Part shown: positions 50,452 to 58,743 of the stretch, piece by piece
Layout: each line of letters begins with the position of its first letter
How positions within the stretch are numbered: position 1 is the stretch's first letter
Origin: Bacilli bacterium
Lineage (GTDB): Bacteria > Bacillota_I > Bacilli_A > RFN20 > CAG-826
Assembly: GCA_017635465.1 (NCBI GenBank)
Contig: JAGBLL010000036.1
Span: 4,590-68,589, forward strand
DNA: 64,000 nucleotides
Direction: 5' to 3'
Translations under genes and position numbers: made by a program
The notes under the pieces: generated by a model
Databases searched by the model: none
Told to the model about the DNA's origin: nothing
What the model saw: only the letters and a program-made list of their open reading frames with translations

Positions 50452-53400
50452 ATGAAGAAAAAGATTTTGCTCCCTGTTCTTCTTATGGGTATGGCTCTAC
50501 CTTTTGCCATTGGTGGCACATATAGTGGAGTTAATGCGGAATTTATTGGGGATTATTCCGCACAAGCCGCTTACACAAAAGCCGGTTCTGCTTTGAACGC
50601 TGAAATTTGTGATGAAGGCTTCGTCCTATTAAAGAACAAAGACAATTTCTTACCAATGCAAGCAGAAGGCGCGAAGATTTCTGTCGTTGGTAAGAGTTCA
50701 GTCAACCTCGTTAGAGGTGGTGGCGGTTCCGGTAGTGGCCGTGTTAACGGTGAAACCGCAATCGATTTACAACAATCGTTAGAAAAAGTTGGTTTCTCTT
50801 TAAACAAGAAATGCACAGATTTCTATAAGAGTGACTCTAAATCCGGTCCAGGCAGATCTAACGGCAATGATAACTGGAAGGGTAATTCTCAAGTGCAAAT
50901 TGGTGAAACACCAATGGCGATGCTTGAAAAAGAAAGTGGCTTAATTGATAGCTTCCAAGAATATGGTGACGCCGCAATTATGACCATCTCCCGTGAAGGT
51001 AGTGAAGGTTGTGACGTTAAAGCAATCGACGCTCGTGACTTTGACCCATCCAGTGGTAGACTCTCTGGTGTTACCGCTGGTGATGTAACAACAAAACACG
51101 CCTTACAATTATCCGATAACGAACAAGCCTTATTCGATTTAATTTGCGAAAAGTTTGAACACGTTATCATCCTTATCAACTCTGGTAATATCTTCCAATG
51201 TGACCAATTTGAAAATAATGATAAAGTTTCCGCGGTCATTTGGATGGGTAACCCAGGCGCGGTTGGTACAGGCGCAATCGGTCGTATTTTAACTGGTGAA
51301 GTCAATCCATCAGGTCGTACAGTCGATACATGGGCTCGTAATTTCAAAAATGACCCAACATATCAAAACTTCTCCGATAACTCTCAAACAAACGATAAGA
51401 TTATCGAAGTAACAGTTAATAACAAAAAGAAACAAACATATGCTTCTCAAGACACAATGTTCGCAGAAGATGGCGCTCCAATGCTCAGCTATGGTACTGA
51501 TAAAGCTTACAAAGATCACTCTTCTCCAAGATGGGTCAATGAAGAAGCAAAAGTGGTACAAGGTGGCTTAAATGGTGTTAAACCAGCTTCCTATGTCGCT
51601 TATGAAGAAGGCGTCTATGTTGACTATAGATACTATGAAACCCGTTATGCTGAATTAGCTAAAAAAGATAAAAAAGCCGCGGATGAATGGTATAAAGGTG
51701 ATGAAGGTGTCATCTATCCATTCGGTTATGGTTTAAGCTATACAACATTTAAACAAGAAATCGTTTCATCTAACGTTAAAGGTAAAACGCTTAAAAATGG
51801 TAATACCAACGTTGAAGTGAAAGTCAAAGTTAAAAATACTGGTGGCACCGCTGGTAAGGAAGTTGTCCAACTTTATTGGAAAGCTCCATATAAGCAAGGT
51901 GGTATTGAAAAAGCCAATAATGTCTTATGTGCTTTTGATAAGACAAGAATGTTGGATCCAGGTGAAGAACAAGTTCTTACTTTAACATTTAACACACAAG
52001 ATGTCGCTAACTATGACTTCGCTGATAAGAACAATAATGGCTTCTGTGGCTATGAATTAGATGGTGGTACATACTACATCTCATTAAACAAAAACGCTCA
52101 TGAAGAATTAGGTTCTATCAAGTTCTCTGTTGCTAAAGATGGCATCAAGTTTGAAACAGATCGCTATACAGGTCATGAAGTTAAGAACAGATTTACTGAC
52201 AGAGGCTTCTATAGCTGCTTACCAGGTGAAAATGATATCGGTTTTGAACAATTCTCACGTGCTGATGGTTTAGCAACAAAACCAACACACCCAACAATTG
52301 AAGATAGAAAAGTCAAAGTGGGTAGCCGTTATGAAGAATTCTTAACACACGAATTCACATTAAATGACTTAGAAGATGGTAAAGGTGAATATCTCCCATT
52401 AGAAATGCTCAAAACAAAAGAAGACATTGAAGCTTTAGGCTGGACACAAAGAGCAACAACCGCTAGTAAAGCTGAAAGTATCCAATTCAAAGATTTGGTC
52501 GGTCTTGATATGGATGATCCATTATGGGAACAAGCCATGGATCAAATGACATATACAGAATTATTAAGCTTCTCCTATGGTGGTGGTAACCACAATCCTG
52601 CTATCAGCAGAATGGACAAACCAGGCACAGGCGATAGCGATGGTCCTTCCCAATTCAAATACATCTGGTGGGCAGGCGCACCAATCGTGGCCGCGACATA
52701 CAACGTCGAATTAGCCAAGAGACAAGGCGAAATGGTCGGTATTGAAGCTCATATTTCTGGTACATATGGTTGGGCTGGTCCAGCTGTCAACTTACACCGT
52801 TCTCCATTCGGTGGCCGTAACTTCGAATACTACGCTGCTGATCCATTCTTAATGGGCCGTATGGCAGGTAGAGTCGTTGCTGGCGCAACTGATAAAGGTT
52901 TATATTGCTTCTTCAAGCACTTTGCGGTTAACGATCAAGAAAAGAACCGTGAAGGTACATCAGTTTTCTTAACTGAACAAGCTTTACGTGAAATTTATCT
53001 CAAACCATTCCAAATGGTTGTTCAAGAAGGTAAATCCATGGCCTTAATGTCATCCTATAACCGTTTAGGTAACATGGAAACCGCTGCTAGCTATCCATTA
53101 TTAACAGAAGTTCTCCGTGATGAATGGGGCTTCAAAGGTCACATCATTTCCGATATGACTCATAGCGGTAACTCCTCCGTTAACTATAAGTGCTATGAAT
53201 GCATCAATAACCGTATCTTAGCGGGTTGCAACCAACAATTAGATAGTAACGGTTTCAGAAGTGATATCACATGTAAGTGGGATGCTACCGCATTTGAAGG
53301 TAAAGGCGCTCCAGTATACACAAATAAAGCTGGTCAAACAGTTGAATGCTACACATGGTGGTACATGCTTAGAAAGAACGTTAAAGAATCAATGTGGACA

Positions 53401-53838
53401 TGCGCTAACTGTGGTGTTATGTCAAAGACATTCATCAAGAATGCTAACTTAACATTTAATGGTGTTGAACGCGAATATCTCGAAGTCAAAGTTGGTGAAG
53501 AAATTAACATCAAAGTTGATATGCCAGATGAATTAGCGGGTGCAACATTATCCATCGACCCAGTTACTCCATTACCAGAAGGTTTAGTCTTCGAAGACAA
53601 TACCATCAAAGGTAAATTAACTGATGGATGTAACGTCTTTATCCACGTCTTAGCGGAACTCAATGGTACAAAGACTGGTTCAAGTATCCAATTATTTGCA
53701 CCAAAAGTTGCTGCTCAAGCTCCTGCAAAAGGTGGTTGTGGTGGTGCTATTGAAGCCACATTAGTGGGTGTTGGCTTACTCGCTCTTGCGACCGCAATCG
53801 TCCTCATTGTTGATAAAAAAAGAAGAGTTAACGCCTAG
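50452..53838 (+). CDS. Secreted, C-terminally membrane-anchored family-3 glycoside hydrolase (paralog 1) with reversed domain order: GH3 C-domain, Fn3-like, GH3 catalytic barrel.
   Basis: Signal peptide. PGAVGTGAIGRILTGEVNPSGRTVDTWARNF is the GH3_C motif. YPFGYGLSYTTF...VKNTGGTAGKEVVQLY is the Fn3-like domain. KHFAVNDQE...SYNRLGN...GFKGHIISD carries the catalytic-barrel nucleophile region. C-terminal KGGCGG + TM + KKRR. Confidence 0.8.
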   Translation: MKKKILLPVLLMGMALPFAIGGTYSGVNAEFIGDYSAQAAYTKAGSALNAEICDEGFVLLKNKDNFLPMQAEGAKISVVGKSSVNLVRGGGGSGSGRVNGETAIDLQQSLEKVGFSLNKKCTDFYKSDSKSGPGRSNGNDNWKGNSQVQIGETPMAMLEKESGLIDSFQEYGDAAIMTISREGSEGCDVKAIDARDFDPSSGRLSGVTAGDVTTKHALQLSDNEQALFDLICEKFEHVIILINSGNIFQCDQFENNDKVSAVIWMGNPGAVGTGAIGRILTGEVNPSGRTVDTWARNFKNDPTYQNFSDNSQTNDKIIEVTVNNKKKQTYASQDTMFAEDGAPMLSYGTDKAYKDHSSPRWVNEEAKVVQGGLNGVKPASYVAYEEGVYVDYRYYETRYAELAKKDKKAADEWYKGDEGVIYPFGYGLSYTTFKQEIVSSNVKGKTLKNGNTNVEVKVKVKNTGGTAGKEVVQLYWKAPYKQGGIEKANNVLCAFDKTRMLDPGEEQVLTLTFNTQDVANYDFADKNNNGFCGYELDGGTYYISLNKNAHEELGSIKFSVAKDGIKFETDRYTGHEVKNRFTDRGFYSCLPGENDIGFEQFSRADGLATKPTHPTIEDRKVKVGSRYEEFLTHEFTLNDLEDGKGEYLPLEMLKTKEDIEALGWTQRATTASKAESIQFKDLVGLDMDDPLWEQAMDQMTYTELLSFSYGGGNHNPAISRMDKPGTGDSDGPSQFKYIWWAGAPIVAATYNVELAKRQGEMVGIEAHISGTYGWAGPAVNLHRSPFGGRNFEYYAADPFLMGRMAGRVVAGATDKGLYCFFKHFAVNDQEKNREGTSVFLTEQALREIYLKPFQMVVQEGKSMALMSSYNRLGNMETAASYPLLTEVLRDEWGFKGHIISDMTHSGNSSVNYKCYECINNRILAGCNQQLDSNGFRSDITCKWDATAFEGKGAPVYTNKAGQTVECYTWWYMLRKNVKESMWTCANCGVMSKTFIKNANLTFNGVEREYLEVKVGEEINIKVDMPDELAGATLSIDPVTPLPEGLVFEDNTIKGKLTDGCNVFIHVLAELNGTKTGSSIQLFAPKVAAQAPAKGGCGGAIEATLVGVGLLALATAIVLIVDKKRRVNA

Positions 53839-53857
53839 TTAACACCTCATAATAATC

Positions 53858-53886
53858 AAGGCCCTCTCTGAGGGTCTTTTTTATAA
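53858..53886 (+). terminator. Intrinsic terminator after GH3 paralog 1.
   Basis: GGCCCTC-tct-GAGGGTC hairpin followed by TTTTTTAT. Confidence 0.65.
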
Positions 53887-54113
53887 AATAGTTAGATTTA
53901 ATCATTAAAAAAACAAAAGCGTAATATGTTCAAATCTAAAAATTGTCTTACCTACACAATACATTTGTCATATAAAAAGAACCCTCTTCAATTTATATTG
54001 AATGTACTAATGCATTATGGATTCTAGAAGATAATGAATTGATAAAATCCAGTTTTGTACTCGTACTGAGGCAAAATAAAATAATGCAAACTTACTTTTG
54101 AAAGGAAAAACAT

Positions 54114-57100
54114 ATGAAGAAAGTATTGATTCCAGTTTTTCTTGCCGCGATGGCTTTACCATTATGTTTAAACAAAGGTGCTAACGCTGCGAACGCTGAA
54201 TTTATCGGTGAATTCACAGATAGAACCTCCTACATTAAACATGGTTCTGCAGTCAACGACCAATTAGCAGATGAAGGTTTCGTCCTATTAAAGAATGAAG
54301 GCAACTTCTTACCAATGGCCGCTGAAGGTAAAAAAGTTACTCTCGCTGGTAAGAGCTCAACAAAATTAGCCGGTGGTGGTGCTGGTTCAGGTGCTGGTTC
54401 CACATCTCAAGGTGTTACCGGTATTGACATGAAGAAGTCCTTAACAGACGTTGGCTTCGAAGTTAACCAAAAATTCATTGATTTCTACAACAGCGACACC
54501 AAATCAGGTCCAGGTAGAACAAACGGTAACGATGGTTGGAAAGGTAACTCCCAAGTTCAAATCGGTGAAACCCCAATTTCCATGTATGAAAAAGAATCTG
54601 GTTTATTGGAAACACTCGATGAATACAAAGATGCCGCTATCCAAGTTATCACCCGTGAAGGTTCCGAAGGTTGTGACGTTAAAGCAATTGACGCTCGTGA
54701 CTTCGACCCAGCTAGTGGCAAAACTGCTCCATCCGGTGTTGATGTTAATGAAGTTTCAGACAGACACGCTCTTGAATTATCCAAGAATGAAGAAGCTTTA
54801 TTACAAGAATTAGAAAAACACACAGACAACGTTATTATCGTTATCAACTCATCCAATATCTTCGAATGCGCTAAACTCGAAAACGATCCAAAAGTTAAAG
54901 CCATTCTCTGGATTGGTAACCCAGGTGACCGTGGTGCGGGTGCCGTCGGTAGAATTCTCTCCGGTCAAGTCAACCCATCTGGTCGTACAGTTGATACATG
55001 GGCTCGTGATTTCACACAAGACCCAACATATCAAAACTTCTCCGATAACGCTCAAACAAATGAAAACATCATTGAAGTTACCGTTAACGGTAAGAAGAAA
55101 AACACAAATGCTGCTCAAGACACAATGTTCGCAGCAGATGGTTCCCCAATGCTCAGCTTTGGTACAGATAAAGCTTATAAAGACCACAATGCTCCAAGAT
55201 GGTTAAACGCTGATGCTAAAGTTGTCCAAGGTGGTATCAATGGTGTTAAACCAGCCGCTTACGTTTCATACGAAGAAGGTATCTATGTTGACTACCGTTA
55301 CTATGAAACAAAATATGCCGATATGGCTGCTAAAGATAAGAAAGCCGCTGATGCTTGGTATAACGGTCAAGACGAAAAGAAGGGTGGCGTTATCTACCCA
55401 TTCGGTTATGGCTTAAGCTATACAACATTCGAACAAAAGATCGTTAAAGCCAACATTAAGAAAGGTGGCAAGATCAATGAAAAGAACGAAGTTATCGCTG
55501 TGACTGTCGAAGTTAAGAACACTGGTAAAGTCGCTGGTAAACAAGCCGTTCAACTTTATTGGAAAGCCCCATACAAAGCTGGTGAAATTGAAAAAGCTGA
55601 TCACGTCTTATGTGCATTTGGTAAATCACCAATGCTCGAACCAGGTGAAAAAGCAAACGTCCACTTATCATTCTATTTACAAGATGTTGCTAACTACGAC
55701 TTCACAGACGCAAATAAGAATGGCTTCAAGGGTTACGAATTAGATGCAGGTAAATATTCCTTATTCTTAGGTAAATCCGCCCACGAAGCATACGAAAACT
55801 TCAACTTCTCCGTTGAAAAGAACATCAAATACGAAAACGATCGTTTCTCCGGCCACAAAGTTGAAAACAGATTCACTGACAATGGCTTCTATAGCTCAAT
55901 GCCAGGTGAAAAAGATATCGAATTCACACAAATGAGCCGTGCTGATTTCGATAAGACATTCCCAACTCACCCAACCTTCGAAGATAGAAAAGTCAAAGAA
56001 GGTAGCAGATTTGAAGAATTCTTAACAACTGAATTCTCACTCGCTGATTTCGAAGCTGGCAATAACGAATACGTTCCTGCCGCTGCTCGTAAAGATGCAA
56101 GCGTTGCTGCTAACTGGAAACAAGGTTCTAAAGACACATCCCACAAGATCATTGACTTAAAGGATACCGAATTAGATGATCCAAGATGGGAAGAACTCGT
56201 CAACCAAATCTCTTGGGCTGATATGCTCAAAGTTGTCGAAACAAATAGAATGTCCTCACAAGCTATCTCCAGCGTTGGTAAAGCTGGCTTCTCTGAAGGT
56301 GACGGTCCACAAAAATTCAACATTATGTGGTGGGTCTCTTCTCCAATTATCGCCGCTACATTCAACCAAGACTTAGCTCATAAACAAGGTGAATGCGTTG
56401 GTATGGAATCTCAAATCAGTGGTAAATCTGGTTGGTGGGGTCCAGCTGTTAATACACACCGTTCTCCATTCGGTGGTAGAAACTTCGAATACTATGCCGC
56501 TGATCCATTCTTAATGGGCCGTATGGCTGCTCAAGTCGTCGGTGCCGCTACAGATAGAGGCGTCTACGCATACTTCAAACACTTTGCTGTTAACGATCAA
56601 GAAAAGAACCGTGAATCCGGTATCTCATTCTTAACAGAACAAGCATTACGTGAAATCTACTTAAAGTCCTTCCAAATGGTCTTTGAAGAAGGTAAATCCA
56701 TTGGTGTCATGGGTTCCTATAACCGTATGGGCTTAATGGAAACAGCCGCTAACTACAACTTATTAACAGAAGTTCTCCGTGGTGAATGGGGCTTCAAGGG
56801 TTCTGTCTTATCCGATATGACCCACAGTGGTAATGGTTCCGTTAACTTCAACTGCTACGAATGTGTCACAAACCGTGTCTTATCCGGTTGTAACGCTCAA
56901 TTAGACTCTGGTGGTTTCTCTGGCGCTTCCCAAGCAAAATGGGATAATACACAAAATGCTCCATTATATACCGCTAAAGATGGTTCTAAACAAATCTCTT
57001 ACTCTTACTGGTATGCTGTGAGACAATGCACAAAAGAACATATGTTCATGGCTTCACGTTGTACAAAGACACATACCGATGCTGGTATTAAGATGATTAA

Positions 57101-57461
57101 ACCTGATGGTGAAGAATACGTCAATTTCGAAGCTCGTAAAGCATTCGAATATGCCTTACCAGAAGGTAACTTCAGACTCAACCAACGCGTTGATTTACCA
57201 CGTGGTGTTAAATTCGAAAACAACAAACTCTCTGGTCAATTTGATTGGGAAGGTGTTTACCACTTAGACTTCATCAAAGTTGATGATGCAGGTAAAGCCG
57301 CTGGTGCATTCAAATTAATCGTTACCGCAACAACAGGCAATGCTTTAGGCAAAGGTGGTTGTGGTGGTGATATCGCCGCTGTCGGTGCTATCATTGGCTT
57401 AATCGCTCTCGCTGGTGCAGGTTTATTACTTGTCTCCATCCGCAAAAAACAAAGAGCGTAA
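54114..57461 (+). CDS. GH3 glycosidase paralog 2, with the same reversed domain order and C-terminal KGGCGG + TM + RKKQR anchor.
   Basis: Domain motifs collinear with paralog 1: GNPGDRGAGAVGRILSGQVNPSGRTVDTWARDF, YPFGYGLSYTTF, KHFAVNDQEKNRE, GFKGSVLSD. Confidence 0.8.
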   Translation: MKKVLIPVFLAAMALPLCLNKGANAANAEFIGEFTDRTSYIKHGSAVNDQLADEGFVLLKNEGNFLPMAAEGKKVTLAGKSSTKLAGGGAGSGAGSTSQGVTGIDMKKSLTDVGFEVNQKFIDFYNSDTKSGPGRTNGNDGWKGNSQVQIGETPISMYEKESGLLETLDEYKDAAIQVITREGSEGCDVKAIDARDFDPASGKTAPSGVDVNEVSDRHALELSKNEEALLQELEKHTDNVIIVINSSNIFECAKLENDPKVKAILWIGNPGDRGAGAVGRILSGQVNPSGRTVDTWARDFTQDPTYQNFSDNAQTNENIIEVTVNGKKKNTNAAQDTMFAADGSPMLSFGTDKAYKDHNAPRWLNADAKVVQGGINGVKPAAYVSYEEGIYVDYRYYETKYADMAAKDKKAADAWYNGQDEKKGGVIYPFGYGLSYTTFEQKIVKANIKKGGKINEKNEVIAVTVEVKNTGKVAGKQAVQLYWKAPYKAGEIEKADHVLCAFGKSPMLEPGEKANVHLSFYLQDVANYDFTDANKNGFKGYELDAGKYSLFLGKSAHEAYENFNFSVEKNIKYENDRFSGHKVENRFTDNGFYSSMPGEKDIEFTQMSRADFDKTFPTHPTFEDRKVKEGSRFEEFLTTEFSLADFEAGNNEYVPAAARKDASVAANWKQGSKDTSHKIIDLKDTELDDPRWEELVNQISWADMLKVVETNRMSSQAISSVGKAGFSEGDGPQKFNIMWWVSSPIIAATFNQDLAHKQGECVGMESQISGKSGWWGPAVNTHRSPFGGRNFEYYAADPFLMGRMAAQVVGAATDRGVYAYFKHFAVNDQEKNRESGISFLTEQALREIYLKSFQMVFEEGKSIGVMGSYNRMGLMETAANYNLLTEVLRGEWGFKGSVLSDMTHSGNGSVNFNCYECVTNRVLSGCNAQLDSGGFSGASQAKWDNTQNAPLYTAKDGSKQISYSYWYAVRQCTKEHMFMASRCTKTHTDAGIKMIKPDGEEYVNFEARKAFEYALPEGNFRLNQRVDLPRGVKFENNKLSGQFDWEGVYHLDFIKVDDAGKAAGAFKLIVTATTGNALGKGGCGGDIAAVGAIIGLIALAGAGLLLVSIRKKQRA

Positions 57462-57493
57462 TCTTAGAATTAGATTCTAACTAAAACATGCAA

Positions 57494-57528
57494 AGCTGCT
57501 AGGGCCGTTTGCGCCCTAGCAGTTTAAT
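57494..57528 (+). terminator. Stem-loop terminator candidate after GH3 paralog 2 (weak U-tail).
   Basis: GCTGCTAGGGC-cgtttgc-GCCCTAGCAG followed by TTTAAT. Confidence 0.45.
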
Positions 57529-57701
57529 GCATATACTACGTATACACGCACAAACAATAGTGATATGCTATAGGTAACTAAAATTGTTAATAAAGCATCA
57601 TCTTAAATCGTCCGTATTAAGATGGCGCTTGATTATAAATCCCTAGAAAGGAGAATATTATTCGGCAGTTAAGTCTAGGGTTACCCGGATAATGAATTAT
57701 T

Positions 57702-58739
57702 ATGAAAAAGAACAAATTATTTTTCTTAGGTATGATGGTTGCTACACTCGCTTTAGCTGGTTGTGGTAAGGGTGGCGATAGCGCTGCTTCTAAATCATCT
57801 AAAAAAGATTCCAGTGTTGATGATAGCGAACCACAAATCGTCTTACCTGATTACAAAGTCGTGATTGACTACAATGATGGCACAACCGCCAAGATTGAAA
57901 AGACCATTCACCATGGTGATCCAATCGAAAAACCAACAGATCCAACAGCTCCAGCTGGTAAGAAATTCTATGGTTGGCAAAACGTTAAAAACGGTGGCCA
58001 AATTTGGGATTTCCAAGCCGAAGATCTTAAAGGCGTTTTTGAAGACGTTGAATTAAAACCATTATTCGTCGATGCTTCTTTACCAGTTCAATCTCTTGAA
58101 GCTGAATTATGCCCAGCTATTACCGAAGACCACGGTGGTCAAGGTATGGAAGGTGCGACATATTCCGGTGGTGCTAAAGGTAAACAATTAATTAACCGTG
58201 CTTATGACGGTGAATACGCTGCTTCTGGTGCTTACTGGCAAGATGACAGTGGTACAGTCCGCTATGCTAAAGATAGTGATCCAGCAGATGAAGTCTTCGG
58301 TGGTTATGTCCACTTCATGTATGCTAAAGGTGATACATTAACATGGAAAGTTAGTAGTGATGCTGCTGCTGAAAACGTTACCATCTTCATGAGATTAGCT
58401 GGTGAATATGCTAAACCAGATGAACAAACAGGTGAAAAGAAATTCACTGTTACTGATGATGAATTCCAAATCAAAGTCAATGGTACCGCTCTTAAATACG
58501 GTAAAGTCACTCTCCACAATATTCCTGAAACTGGTAAATTCACTACATTCCAAGATTACTATGTGAGTGCTACAGTCTCCTTAAAGGCTGGTGAAAACGT
58601 TATTCAAACAGTCGTTAACAACGACATTAACTTATTCTCCACAATTGCCGCTGCTGCTCCATGTGTTGATAGTATTAAAGTTTTATCCACAAGTACACTT
58701 ACTTGGGCAGATGCAAAAATTAGCCAATTAGAAAGATAA
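57702..58739 (+). CDS. Lipoprotein with a Listeria-Bacteroides (Flg_new) repeat and a C-terminal beta-sandwich carbohydrate-binding-module-like domain.
   Basis: Lipobox LAGC. YKVVIDYNDGTTAKIEKTIHHGDPIEKPTDPTAPAGKKFYGWQ matches the Flg_new repeat. Stop is 4 nt before GH3 paralog 3. Confidence 0.55.
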   Translation: MKKNKLFFLGMMVATLALAGCGKGGDSAASKSSKKDSSVDDSEPQIVLPDYKVVIDYNDGTTAKIEKTIHHGDPIEKPTDPTAPAGKKFYGWQNVKNGGQIWDFQAEDLKGVFEDVELKPLFVDASLPVQSLEAELCPAITEDHGGQGMEGATYSGGAKGKQLINRAYDGEYAASGAYWQDDSGTVRYAKDSDPADEVFGGYVHFMYAKGDTLTWKVSSDAAAENVTIFMRLAGEYAKPDEQTGEKKFTVTDDEFQIKVNGTALKYGKVTLHNIPETGKFTTFQDYYVSATVSLKAGENVIQTVVNNDINLFSTIAAAAPCVDSIKVLSTSTLTWADAKISQLER

Positions 58740-58743
58740 GATT

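Noticed and set aside
50571-57226. Numerous short antisense or alternate-frame ORFs within the GH3 genes (e.g. 50889..51347, 54451..54813, 54557..54904, 54849..55187, 55967..56365).
   Set aside because: They are embedded in long, well-supported GH3 reading frames. Compositional artefacts.
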